Assembly (NCBI GenBank): GCA_038227875.1
Contig: JBBRPR010000012.1
Location: 1-64,000 of the forward strand
Source of the DNA: Planctomycetota bacterium
Lineage (GTDB): Bacteria; Planctomycetota; SZUA-567; H5-PLA8
Length of the DNA stretch: 64,000 nt
Direction of reading: 5' to 3'
A program made the translations under genes and the position numbers. The notes beneath the pieces were generated by a model. That model saw only the letters and a program-made list of their open reading frames with translations, did not search any database and was not told where the DNA came from. Within the stretch, counting starts at the first letter, position 1; every line of letters begins with the position of its first letter. Below are positions 44,491-53,864 of the stretch, piece by piece.

Positions 44491-45786
44491 ATGTACGTCG
44501 TCAGCATCGCCGCTCGTCACATGAAAACGCGGAGTATCTCGTGGGTCGCGGTGGCGATGATCGCGCTGGTGGTGGTGATGTACCTGCTGATCATCTCGGT
44601 CGTCGAAGGTTTCAAAGCGCATTACATGGACAAACTGCAGAGCATCCTGGCGCATGCGACCGTCAGCGTCGGGCAGCTCACGGGCGGCATTGAACATCCG
44701 GAAGAGTGGGCCAAGGAATTGACCACGGCGGCACCGGGGATCAAGGGCGTGACCATCGGGCTGGAGACGCCGGCGATGGCGATCTTCAATTCGCCGCACG
44801 GTGGAGGGACGATCCAGACGATCGGGACGCTGCGCGGCGTCGATTTTCCGTTGGAGCTCAAGCACGGGCGGTTGAAGGAGATTCTGTTTCCGAAAGATTT
44901 GAGCGACCTGGGACAGCACGAGGTCGCCGGACGGATGCGGCCGGATTGCGTGATGGGCGGGTATTGGCGGAAGGCGTACGGGCTTTCCGTTGGCGATCGC
45001 GTCACGTTCATCTTCACGAAAGAGGACGGCGACCCCAAGCCGGTGGAGTTTGTAATCACGGGGTTTTTCTCCGGCGAGAGCGCGTACCTGGAGACGGGCG
45101 CGTACGTCGACCGGAAGATGCTGGCGGAGATGATTCAGGTGGAAGGGCGCGCCAAGACGCTCTCGATCTGGCTTGACGACCCCAACCGGCCGGACTTGAA
45201 ACAGATCTGCGACAAGCTGCGCGCGAAGATGACGGAGTTAATCCGCAAGGACGTGCGGCCGGGGAAGGAAGACCGGACGTCGTGGATTGAAATCGAAACG
45301 TGGCAGGACAAGGACAACAAGTTTTACCAGGCGATGACGCGCGAAAATCTGATGATGCGGTTTGTGCTGCTGATTTTCCTGCTGCTGGTCTCGTTTATCA
45401 TCTTTCTGATCTTCGGCCGGCTGGTCGCGGAGAAAGTACGCGACGTCGGCGCGCTGCGGGCGATGGGCGCGACGCCGGCGGGAATCTGCAGCTGTTTCCT
45501 GGTGCAGGGGCTGTTCGTGGGCGCAACCGGCGTGCTGGTGGGATTGCTGCTGGCGTGGGGCGTCATCGGGCACCTCAGCGACATTGCGTACTGGATCAAG
45601 GCGCTGACGGGCTTTGAGCCCTATCCGGCGGACTCGTTTGGCGTGACGGGGATTCCGCATGTGACGCTGCCGTTCGATATTTTCGTGATTTCGGCGATGA
45701 GCATCCTGGCGGCGGTGATCGGCGCGTTCTGGCCGGCGTACCGGGCCTCGCAGCTGAATCCGGTTGAATGCTTGAGGCACGAATGA
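44491..45786 (+). CDS. LolC/E-type (FtsX-like) ABC transporter permease
   Basis: N-terminal TM, large periplasmic loop, [32 protein letters not shown]. Confidence 0.9.
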   Translation: MYVVSIAARHMKTRSISWVAVAMIALVVVMYLLIISVVEGFKAHYMDKLQSILAHATVSVGQLTGGIEHPEEWAKELTTAAPGIKGVTIGLETPAMAIFNSPHGGGTIQTIGTLRGVDFPLELKHGRLKEILFPKDLSDLGQHEVAGRMRPDCVMGGYWRKAYGLSVGDRVTFIFTKEDGDPKPVEFVITGFFSGESAYLETGAYVDRKMLAEMIQVEGRAKTLSIWLDDPNRPDLKQICDKLRAKMTELIRKDVRPGKEDRTSWIEIETWQDKDNKFYQAMTRENLMMRFVLLIFLLLVSFIIFLIFGRLVAEKVRDVGALRAMGATPAGICSCFLVQGLFVGATGVLVGLLLAWGVIGHLSDIAYWIKALTGFEPYPADSFGVTGIPHVTLPFDIFVISAMSILAAVIGAFWPAYRASQLNPVECLRHE

Positions 45787-46505
45787 GCGACGCGGCGGCG
45801 GTGGCAAAAAAAGCGGTGGTCAAAGCCGACAACCTGTCGCGCGTGTTCATCGACGGGCAGCGGCAACTGCAGGTGTTGTCCGGCGTCACGCTGGAATTGT
45901 TCGGCGGCGAAGTCGCGGCGCTGATCGGCAAGAGCGGCTGCGGCAAGAGTACGCTGCTGCATCTGATCGGGTTGCTGGACACGCCCAACGGGGGCGAGGT
46001 GCTGATCGACGGCACGCCGGCGGGCAATTTGAGCGAGCGGGAGCGCGCGTACATTCGCAACACGCGCATCGGCTTTATCTTTCAGCACTATTTTCTGCTG
46101 CCGGAATTCAGCGTCGTCGAGAACATCGAGATGCCGGCGAAGGTCGCGTTTTCGCCGACGGAGTGGTTGTCGAAGAAGCAGGAATACCGCGCGCGGGCGC
46201 TGCAACTGGTCGAGCAGGTGGGTTTGACGCCGCATGTAAACACGCGGCCGAAGACGCTTTCGGGCGGCGAGCGGCAGCGGGTCGCGGTGGCGCGCGCGCT
46301 GCTTTTGCAGCCGCGGATCCTGTTGTGCGATGAACCCACGGGAAATCTTGACCCGGAGACGGGAAGTCATATCATGGAGTTGATCTTCGACTTAAGCCGC
46401 AAGCACGGCACAGCAGTTCTGGTGGTGACGCACGACCGGACGCTGGCAGCGCGGGCGGACCGGACGTATCGGCTGGAGCTGGGGAGATTGGCGGACGAGA
46501 GGTGA
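45783..46505 (+). CDS. lolD: Lipoprotein-releasing ABC transporter ATP-binding protein
   Basis: [45 protein letters not shown] overlap with the permease. Confidence 0.88.
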   Translation: MSDAAAVAKKAVVKADNLSRVFIDGQRQLQVLSGVTLELFGGEVAALIGKSGCGKSTLLHLIGLLDTPNGGEVLIDGTPAGNLSERERAYIRNTRIGFIFQHYFLLPEFSVVENIEMPAKVAFSPTEWLSKKQEYRARALQLVEQVGLTPHVNTRPKTLSGGERQRVAVARALLLQPRILLCDEPTGNLDPETGSHIMELIFDLSRKHGTAVLVVTHDRTLAARADRTYRLELGRLADER

Positions 46506-46522
46506 TGTTGAACGGCGACAGC

Positions 46523-46592
46523 GGGAATTGGGAATCGGGATTCGTTGCGCGTTCCCCTTTGGCGAATCCCGATTCCCAAAATCCCGAATCCC
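46523..46592. repeat. Inverted heptamer-repeat hairpin downstream of lolD (possible terminator)
   Basis: GGGAATTGGGAATCGGGATTCG ... CGAATCCCGATTCCCAAAATCCCGAATCCC. Confidence 0.7.
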
Positions 46593-46810
46593 GCAGTTCG
46601 TGCCGTTCATCATGTCGAATGTGACGCACAGGTACGCCTGCGGTTAAGGAAATGGAGTTTTGACTTTTTAGTTAAGTGCTCGCGAAAGAACGTGTTAAAG
46701 TTTGTCAGATTTCAGAGAGAGCAGTGTACTTTTTAATTGAGGCTTAGCCGAGTTGCCGTAACTCAAAACTAAGAACTCAACACTCAAAACTGTCCGCAGG
46801 ACTACAGACT

Positions 46811-48442
46811 GTGCCTCAGATCCGCGTCAAATCCGGTCCGCAAAAGGGGAAGATTATTCCCGTCGACGGCAACCAGCCGATCGTGATCGGGCGCGAGCCC
46901 TCGTGCTCGCTGCAGATCGTGGACCGTGGCGTGTCGCGCGAACATGCGCAGATTTTCCGCGTCGGCGAAATGGTGTTCATCCGGGACCTCGGCAGCCGCA
47001 ACGGCTGTTTCGTCAACGAGGAGCGGGTTAAAGAAGAATTGCTGCGCGAAGGCGATACGGTGCGCGTGGGCAATACGCAGCTGGTCTTCGAGAGCCGCCG
47101 CACGGCCCAGGAGCAGGGCCCCGAGCTGCAATACGAAGACGGCGGCGAGATTCGCACGTCGCTGGAATTGAAGATCGACGACCTCTACGTGGCCGAAGGC
47201 GAAGGCGTGACGCCCGGTCGCGAAGGCGAGATGTTCAAGGCCATTTGCCAGGCCACGCAGGTGATGCAGAGCGAATCCGACGAGACGAAGCTGTTCGGCA
47301 AGCTGCTGGAATTGCTGCAGGCGCACAGCCCGGCGGACAATGCATTCCTTTTTTTGCGCGACGAAGTGAGCGGCCAGATTTCACCGCGTTCCGTGCGCCC
47401 CAAGGGAACCGACAGCGGCGTGCCGATCTCGCGATCGATCCTGCGGCGCGTGATCACCGAATCGCGCGCGATCCTCACGGCCGACGCGATGCAGGACGAC
47501 CGCTTCAAGGCCGACGATTCGATCGTGATGAACAAGATCCGCTCGGTGCTGTGCGTGCCGATCCAAGGCAAGGGTGCGCCGATTGGCGCGTTGTACTGCG
47601 TGAATTCGCGGCTGAACGAAACGTTCGATCAGGCCGATTTGCAACTGGTCACGGCGATGGGCACCCAGCTGGGGTTGTCGTTGGAGAACATGTACCAGGT
47701 GCGCGGCCGGCGGCGCATGTTCCTGCGCACGATCGGACGGATTCTGTCGAGCCTGGAAGGTTACAAGACGCGCGAACGCGGACACGCCGAACGGGTGATG
47801 GTTTTCGCAGCGGCGATCGCCAAGGAAATGGGCTTTCAGGATCGCGATCTGCTCTCGACGGTGGTGGCGGCACTGCTGCATGACATCGGTAAGCTGCCGA
47901 GCGTCGCGGTGCTGGCGCCGGATCCAGCGGATCCGGCGGCGCATATCCTGGCGGGCATTGAATTCGTGCGCGACATTCCCGGCGTGGAGGAAGCGCTGCC
48001 CGCGATTCGTTCTCATCACGAACGCTTCGACGGCAGCGGATTTCCGGACAAGCTGAAGGGCGACAAGATTCCCATCGCGGCGCGGGTGGTTTCGCTGGCC
48101 AGCGATCTGGACAAGCTGGTCTTTCCGGCCGGCAATCAAGCTCACGCGGCGGAACCGGACCCGACGCTGGTGCGCAACGCGTTCGCGGAGATCACCAACG
48201 CCGCCGGAAAACTGTACGATCCGGAAGTGGTGCGCGCCCTGCTGGTGGCTCACCGCCACGGTGCGCTGCGGTCAATGAGCATCATGGAGCGGATGGCGTC
48301 GGATTCGAGCGCGGGAAATCCCGCGGTGGCTGGACACAACGCAGACACGACCACGTCGGCTCCGGCGGTGCGCGGAGCGTCGGCGAAGATGGCGGCGTCG
48401 GCGGGGAACGATACGACGACGGCGGTCAAGCCGGCGGAGTGA
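46811..48442 (+). CDS. FHA-GAF-HD-GYP-like signalling protein
   Basis: FHA (IGRE, VSREHA, DLGSRNG), GAF (ILTADAMQDDRF, IRSVLCVP), HD (LLHDIGK, HHERFDGSGFP). Confidence 0.88.
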   Translation: MPQIRVKSGPQKGKIIPVDGNQPIVIGREPSCSLQIVDRGVSREHAQIFRVGEMVFIRDLGSRNGCFVNEERVKEELLREGDTVRVGNTQLVFESRRTAQEQGPELQYEDGGEIRTSLELKIDDLYVAEGEGVTPGREGEMFKAICQATQVMQSESDETKLFGKLLELLQAHSPADNAFLFLRDEVSGQISPRSVRPKGTDSGVPISRSILRRVITESRAILTADAMQDDRFKADDSIVMNKIRSVLCVPIQGKGAPIGALYCVNSRLNETFDQADLQLVTAMGTQLGLSLENMYQVRGRRRMFLRTIGRILSSLEGYKTRERGHAERVMVFAAAIAKEMGFQDRDLLSTVVAALLHDIGKLPSVAVLAPDPADPAAHILAGIEFVRDIPGVEEALPAIRSHHERFDGSGFPDKLKGDKIPIAARVVSLASDLDKLVFPAGNQAHAAEPDPTLVRNAFAEITNAAGKLYDPEVVRALLVAHRHGALRSMSIMERMASDSSAGNPAVAGHNADTTTSAPAVRGASAKMAASAGNDTTTAVKPAE

Positions 48443-48445
48443 CGT

Positions 48446-48485
48446 GATTGCGGATTGCGGATTGCGGATTGCGGATTGCGGATTG
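48446..48485. repeat. Heptamer tandem repeat (GATTGCG)x5
   Basis: Five perfect units plus GATTG, between convergent genes. Confidence 0.9.
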
Positions 48486-48550
48486 GATGGGCCGTAAGAT
48501 CAGGCGGTCCGACGATTACCGCGTAGTGGTTTCCGAAAAATTCCTGCCGA

Positions 48551-50137
48551 TCACGCTGTGACGACGCTGTCTTCGGTTCCGAAAGACGCGTAGGTGCATT
48601 CGAACTGATACGCCAGCCAGGCGAAGCTGCAGAGCGCGACGAGGACAGCGCCGTCGGGGTATTCTTGTTTCAAGAGTGCGTCGTAAAGGCCGTGCAGGAG
48701 CATCGGGACGAAACAGATTTTGACGACGTACCATTTTGATTCGCGCAGTTCGGCCTGATTGCGGTAGGCGGAGAGGCCCACGGCGGCGGCCCAAATGCCG
48801 TGGAGCGCGACGCAGGAAATGAAGCGGATCAGGTAGATGTCGTAGCGCATCAGGCCGTTGTACATGCCGGCGTACATGATGCCTTCGGTCACGCCGAAAC
48901 CGACGCCGGAGGCCAGGCCCCAGACGCAGGCGCCGCGCCAGTCGAGCTTGGTGCGGTCGCGGAACATGTAGAAGAGCACGAGGCCTTTGCAGACTTCCTC
49001 ACACAGGCCGATGCCGAAGGTGAAGCCGACCAGACTGAGCGCGAAGCCGGAACTGGGGTCGTGCGCGAGTTGGTAGCACAAGCCGATGACTTTCAAGATG
49101 AGCATGAAGAGGGCGATCATGCCGCCGCCGCGGATCCAGACGCCGCCGGTGTGGAACGCCACCCATTGAAATCCCAGCAGGATGAGGATGCCGATGGTTC
49201 CGGTGAAAAGCCCGGAGAGCAGCAGGTGGCTGGCCTTGGCGTTGCCGAGCGGAAAGAGGAGCAGGATAATCGCCCAGTAAATCGCCGCTGAGACGATCGC
49301 GTAGAACCACTGCGTGTGGGAATTGCGCGGCAGGTGCGCGCCTTCGATGCGGCCATCGGGGAAGAGGCTCAGCAGCTTGCTGAGCCCGGACTCTTCATCA
49401 TCCTCCTGCATCGCCGACTTGATCTTTTCCTTCTGGGCGACGGGCAGGTGCTGGAGAGTGTCTTTGAAGCGCTGCTCGACGTTGTCATCGGGGCGGAAGA
49501 GCGAGAAAACGAGCGGGAAGAGCGCCAGCGAGAGCAGCCAGTAGCGCAACTCCGCGACGGCGCTGCTGCCGGGTTTGGGCTTATAGCGCGCGGAACCGAA
49601 GAGATTGGGTTTGTTCTCCGGGGGCACGATGCCCGTTTTGCCGCGCACGACCGGCGGGATGTAGGTCTTCGTGCGCGGATATGCGGCGCGGGAGGTTAGT
49701 GAGGGTTCGTGTGAGGCGGGCGGAGGAGGGGGCTGCAATTCCAGCTCATCGTTGGACGACGCGGGTGCGAAATCGGGCGATGCGAATGGATTGACCGGAG
49801 CGCGCGTGTCAGCGATGGGTGGTGCGACCGGCGGAGTCATGGCACGCGGAAATGTGGGTGGCGGCAGCCGCGAGGGAAGCGGCGTCACCGTGGCGGAAAT
49901 CGGACGGTTGGCGCTGCTGGGGCTGCGTGGAATCGGGACGGAGGTCGCAGTCGCTCGTGGGAGAATTCCGCCCGGCGGTTTTGGCGCGGGAGGGGGTGGA
50001 GGCGGTGGCGGTGCGGCCTGGGGTGCGTGGGGAATATTCACCCAGCCGCCACATTGCGGACACTTGCAGGTCTTACCGGCGAGGAAATTACTGGTTTGAA
50101 TGGTCTGGCCGCACGTACATTGCACAATAATAGGCAT
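48551..50137 (-). CDS. PrsW-family intramembrane protease with N-terminal Zn ribbon and Pro-rich linker
   Basis: GLCEEVCK, GFGVTEG, ALHGIW and LHGLYD motifs. N-terminus CTCG...CPQCG. Confidence 0.85.
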   Translation of the reverse strand: MPIIVQCTCGQTIQTSNFLAGKTCKCPQCGGWVNIPHAPQAAPPPPPPPPAPKPPGGILPRATATSVPIPRSPSSANRPISATVTPLPSRLPPPTFPRAMTPPVAPPIADTRAPVNPFASPDFAPASSNDELELQPPPPPASHEPSLTSRAAYPRTKTYIPPVVRGKTGIVPPENKPNLFGSARYKPKPGSSAVAELRYWLLSLALFPLVFSLFRPDDNVEQRFKDTLQHLPVAQKEKIKSAMQEDDEESGLSKLLSLFPDGRIEGAHLPRNSHTQWFYAIVSAAIYWAIILLLFPLGNAKASHLLLSGLFTGTIGILILLGFQWVAFHTGGVWIRGGGMIALFMLILKVIGLCYQLAHDPSSGFALSLVGFTFGIGLCEEVCKGLVLFYMFRDRTKLDWRGACVWGLASGVGFGVTEGIMYAGMYNGLMRYDIYLIRFISCVALHGIWAAAVGLSAYRNQAELRESKWYVVKICFVPMLLHGLYDALLKQEYPDGAVLVALCSFAWLAYQFECTYASFGTEDSVVTA

Positions 50138-50318
50138 AAGCGATCCTGAACGGCTGATTCGAGCTATATGAGCATCACTGTGTTGTTGAAGAATACGGAA
50201 GGGGATGAGGGATTGCTAATTAAATGTGGGCGGTGAGGTGGATATTGGATCACCTGTGCATATTTATAAACGCGAAACGCCTCCAACGGAGGCGCTTCGA
50301 GCCGGGAAGTAGAGATCG

Positions 50319-50768
50319 TTATTCGGAGGCGGTGCGGTCGGACGTGGACTCCATGTATTTGTCGAAGTAGCTCCGGGTCAAATACGTGCTGACGCGCGTG
50401 GGAAAGGCCCAGCCATTGTTAATGTAAAGCAGATACCAGCGCGCGATCTCCAGCTTGTCGTTCGCGGACAAGGGGTCGGAGTCGTGGTCTTCGAAGTGCT
50501 TTTTTTTATCGAAAAAGAAATCGAGCAATTTGTCGTTGGCGTAAGTGGCTTCGCTGGAGATCGACTCGTTTTCATTCATCGCATCGGTCGCTCGAGCGTG
50601 AAATGAGCGCTCCCAGGACGCGTCAATGTTCTCACCGCTGTGCGCTTTGAGATAGGCTTGCATCTGGGGAGTGAGCACTTCTTCTGCGTAGGCGTGCGTA
50701 GCTGCACCCGAAATGAGAACGGCGGCGACGACGAGCACTCCGAAGGACGGATTACGAATAATATTCAT
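50319..50768 (-). CDS. Exported hypothetical protein
   Basis: AGAGG RBS and a signal peptide ending AYA. Confidence 0.65.
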   Translation of the reverse strand: MNIIRNPSFGVLVVAAVLISGAATHAYAEEVLTPQMQAYLKAHSGENIDASWERSFHARATDAMNENESISSEATYANDKLLDFFFDKKKHFEDHDSDPLSANDKLEIARWYLLYINNGWAFPTRVSTYLTRSYFDKYMESTSDRTASE

Positions 50769-50884
50769 GGATGCACCTCTTTTTGTCTGCTGAGTGGTAG
50801 GCGGAGGATTTCACAGTTAACCGGTCGCCAAGAGGTGTAGAGCACTTCTTAAGCCGCAAATTCCAAGCGTCTCAAATTTCCAGT

Positions 50885-53461
50885 TCAGGGCTTTTTATCG
50901 TCGTCGTCTCCGTCGTCGTCAGCGGGCTCGCCGTTGGATTCAGGATAGGGCGCGTCGCCGCGAGCGGAGAACCAGATGGCGCGGTTTAAGGTGCCTTCGT
51001 CGGCGCAATCGGGGTTGGTGAAACACAGTGCCTTCGACTTCGTGGCCCACATTAACCCCGAGCCGCGCTGCTTTTCCAGAGGCGGATTGAGCGTATCCAG
51101 CGCAATCTTGTTGGCGATGCACTGAAAGGGCGTGGCGTCGGGTTTTTCCTGGAAGCAGTTGCGCATGGCAGTGGCGGAGAGATCGAGCTGGTTCATGCAG
51201 GGAAGACCCAGGATCAATTCCATGGTCTTGACCATTCCGGTCTGATTGTAGTTGGTGTGGTCGACGAATTTGCGGCGGGTGTACGGGCTGATCACCAGCG
51301 CGGGGGCGCGATGGCCATCGACATGGTCGGCGCCGTTCTGCGCGTCGTCTTCGACCACGAAGATACAGGTTTCCGGCCAGAAGCTGCTCTTGCTGATCGC
51401 TTCGACGATCTGCCCGACCGCCAGGTCGTTGTCCGCGACCATCGCTTGCGGTGTCGGCATGTTGGGCGAGAGTCCGGCGGTGTGATTGCTGGGCAAATAG
51501 ATGTAGGTGAGGTTCGGGAATTCCTTTTTCTGTTCGTTGAGTTTGAACTCGTCGAGAAAAATGTGAGCGCGGTAGACATCCGGAACATCGAGCAACCAGC
51601 CGGGATAGTCCGGATGGGTGTGCTCCTTCAATCCTGGCAGAGTGGCGTGCACGTTCACCTTCAGCCGTCCGGCGTTGTTCTTGAATTGCTTGTAGGCGTC
51701 GGCCCAGGAGAGCGCGGAATCGGTCAGCGTTCCTTCGCCGTAGTTGAAAAAAGTTTTGTGATGAGAGAGCGCGTTGTCCCACAGAAATCCGCTCGGCGAA
51801 AACGCGAGCGGGTCCTGCAGGTCGTTGGGCGCATCGCGTAGCGCGCCGAAGGATTTCTCGAGGTAATCGCTGCAGTAGGCCTCGTTGACCCACGCGTGTC
51901 CGTCGACGCTGAGTGTGCCGCTGCAGTAGAAATTATCGAAGAGCGTGAACTGGCGGGCCAGCGCGTGCTGGTTGGGCGTGTTGTCGTCGCCGAAATTCAA
52001 GAACGCAGGATCGCCGTTGCCTTCGGGGATATCGCCAAAAATCTGATCGTAGGTGCGATTCTCTTTGATGATGTAGACGACGTGCTTGAAACACGAGGGC
52101 TCACCATGGCGCGCAGGAATCGGCACGGACTTGATGTCCGCACGCGGCGGGTCGAGACCCGCCAGGCTGTACGCCAGGCGGTTGTTCTCACTGACTTCGC
52201 GCGAGTACGCGGCCAGGCGCGCGGCATCGGGGACGTCGATGATGGAGATCGTGCCCAGATGATCGCGGGTGCGATGGCCCAATTTCGGATCAGTCTGGCT
52301 CAACGCGCCGTGACCTTTTACGTTGGCGACGACCAGCGTCTTGCCGTCGCCGGAAATCAGGATCGCGCCGGGGAACCAGCCAGTGGGAATCAAGCCGGCG
52401 AGGACACTGTCCTTAGATCCGCCGACGATTCCCGACGCATTCGCTCCGAGAGCGATCACGGCGATGCAATTGTTGGTGCCGTTGGCGACGTAGAGCGTGT
52501 TGCCGTCGGGGCTCAGCGCGACGGCGTTGGAGCCGCTGCCGAGCGGTAATTTGCCATCGGGTTTGCAGGCGATGGTTTCGATGACGGCGTCCATCTGCGT
52601 GTCGATGACCGAGACGCTGTCGGAGGTGGCGTTGGCGACGTAGAGGCGCGTTTCCGCTGCGTTCAAGGTCATGCCACTGGGATGCAGTCCGACGCGGATC
52701 GTCTTGAGCTGCTTGAATTTTTCGCCGCTCCGGGCCACCACGGAGACGGTGCCGTCGTTGGCGATGCCGGTCTGCGGATCGACGCGGATGGCCGTGCCCG
52801 ACGTCTGGCCCACCGAGTTGCCGGCGCGCGGCGGATCGCCGCCCCAGTTGCTTACATAGACTTTGCCGCTTTTCGTAGCGACGACCGTGTATGGCGCGAC
52901 GCCGACGTCGACGACGTCGACCACTTTGTGTTTCAACAGATCGACGCGCTGGACGGAGTTGCCGAGCGTGGCGGCGACCCAGAGTGTGTTGGGTTCCGGA
53001 GCCCATGCCATGCCTGCGGGATTCGCTTCGCCTCCGGCCGGTGAGTTCAGGCGCACGTCGCCGTTCCAATCGTACGAACCCTTCTCGTCTGCAGCGGCGA
53101 TGCGCACATGGTTGCTCGCGTCGGTGACGAAGATGCGATCGCCATTAGCCAGCAATCCGGTGACGCCAAAGTCTGCCGGGCTAACCAGCGGCGCGTGCAG
53201 CTGTCCGGTGGTGAGATCGTAGAAGAGCAGCGATTTCATATTCTTAATCGCGACTGTTTTGCCGTCGGCAGTCCATGCCAGATCGACCGGTCGCCCCGCG
53301 AATGTGATCTGCTTGCCAGCGGGATGAAGAATTTGATTCGTGGGGACGACAATTCGGCCGTCGGGCTGAGTACCGACCTGCAACTGATCCGCCTCCGCGG
53401 CCTGGAGCGCCAAGGTCAGCGTGCTCATTGCCACAGCAAGGAATCTTAGCGCGTACATCAT
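50885..53461 (-). CDS. YVTN/YncE beta-propeller + phosphoesterase (alkaline phosphatase superfamily) protein
   Basis: Repeated LYVAN...SVSVID blades. HVVYIIKENRTYDQ, FDNFY, EDDAQNGADHVDGHR. Confidence 0.9.
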   Translation of the reverse strand: MMYALRFLAVAMSTLTLALQAAEADQLQVGTQPDGRIVVPTNQILHPAGKQITFAGRPVDLAWTADGKTVAIKNMKSLLFYDLTTGQLHAPLVSPADFGVTGLLANGDRIFVTDASNHVRIAAADEKGSYDWNGDVRLNSPAGGEANPAGMAWAPEPNTLWVAATLGNSVQRVDLLKHKVVDVVDVGVAPYTVVATKSGKVYVSNWGGDPPRAGNSVGQTSGTAIRVDPQTGIANDGTVSVVARSGEKFKQLKTIRVGLHPSGMTLNAAETRLYVANATSDSVSVIDTQMDAVIETIACKPDGKLPLGSGSNAVALSPDGNTLYVANGTNNCIAVIALGANASGIVGGSKDSVLAGLIPTGWFPGAILISGDGKTLVVANVKGHGALSQTDPKLGHRTRDHLGTISIIDVPDAARLAAYSREVSENNRLAYSLAGLDPPRADIKSVPIPARHGEPSCFKHVVYIIKENRTYDQIFGDIPEGNGDPAFLNFGDDNTPNQHALARQFTLFDNFYCSGTLSVDGHAWVNEAYCSDYLEKSFGALRDAPNDLQDPLAFSPSGFLWDNALSHHKTFFNYGEGTLTDSALSWADAYKQFKNNAGRLKVNVHATLPGLKEHTHPDYPGWLLDVPDVYRAHIFLDEFKLNEQKKEFPNLTYIYLPSNHTAGLSPNMPTPQAMVADNDLAVGQIVEAISKSSFWPETCIFVVEDDAQNGADHVDGHRAPALVISPYTRRKFVDHTNYNQTGMVKTMELILGLPCMNQLDLSATAMRNCFQEKPDATPFQCIANKIALDTLNPPLEKQRGSGLMWATKSKALCFTNPDCADEGTLNRAIWFSARGDAPYPESNGEPADDDGDDDDKKP

Positions 53462-53864
53462 GTGGTTGTGTGTCCTGAGATGCTGGAGCCCGGCTTGCCG
53501 GATCGGATTTGAACCTTAGCGCAACCACCGCGCCGAACGGCGAACGAGAGTGTGAAACCCAGTTGGTGCGGGGAACCGCGTTGTGCATCCCAAACGAATT
53601 CCACGACACACTGGATGATATTCGGTCAGTGGTGACTAATTCTGGTTCCTATCGCTCGTCAATGACCACGGAAATATGCGAATTGTTGCTATTAGTCCAC
53701 GAGCTATTCGGTCCACCAATCTCGCGCTTATAGCGCTGAAATTCGGTCATGGCGCAGGATGTGCATCAACTGAAGCTCGATAGTCAGTCTATCCATCACC
53801 GCCGTATCGCGCGCGCTGGGTATTAAAAGTCGCGCGATCTATTTGAGTTGGATGGGAGAACCGC

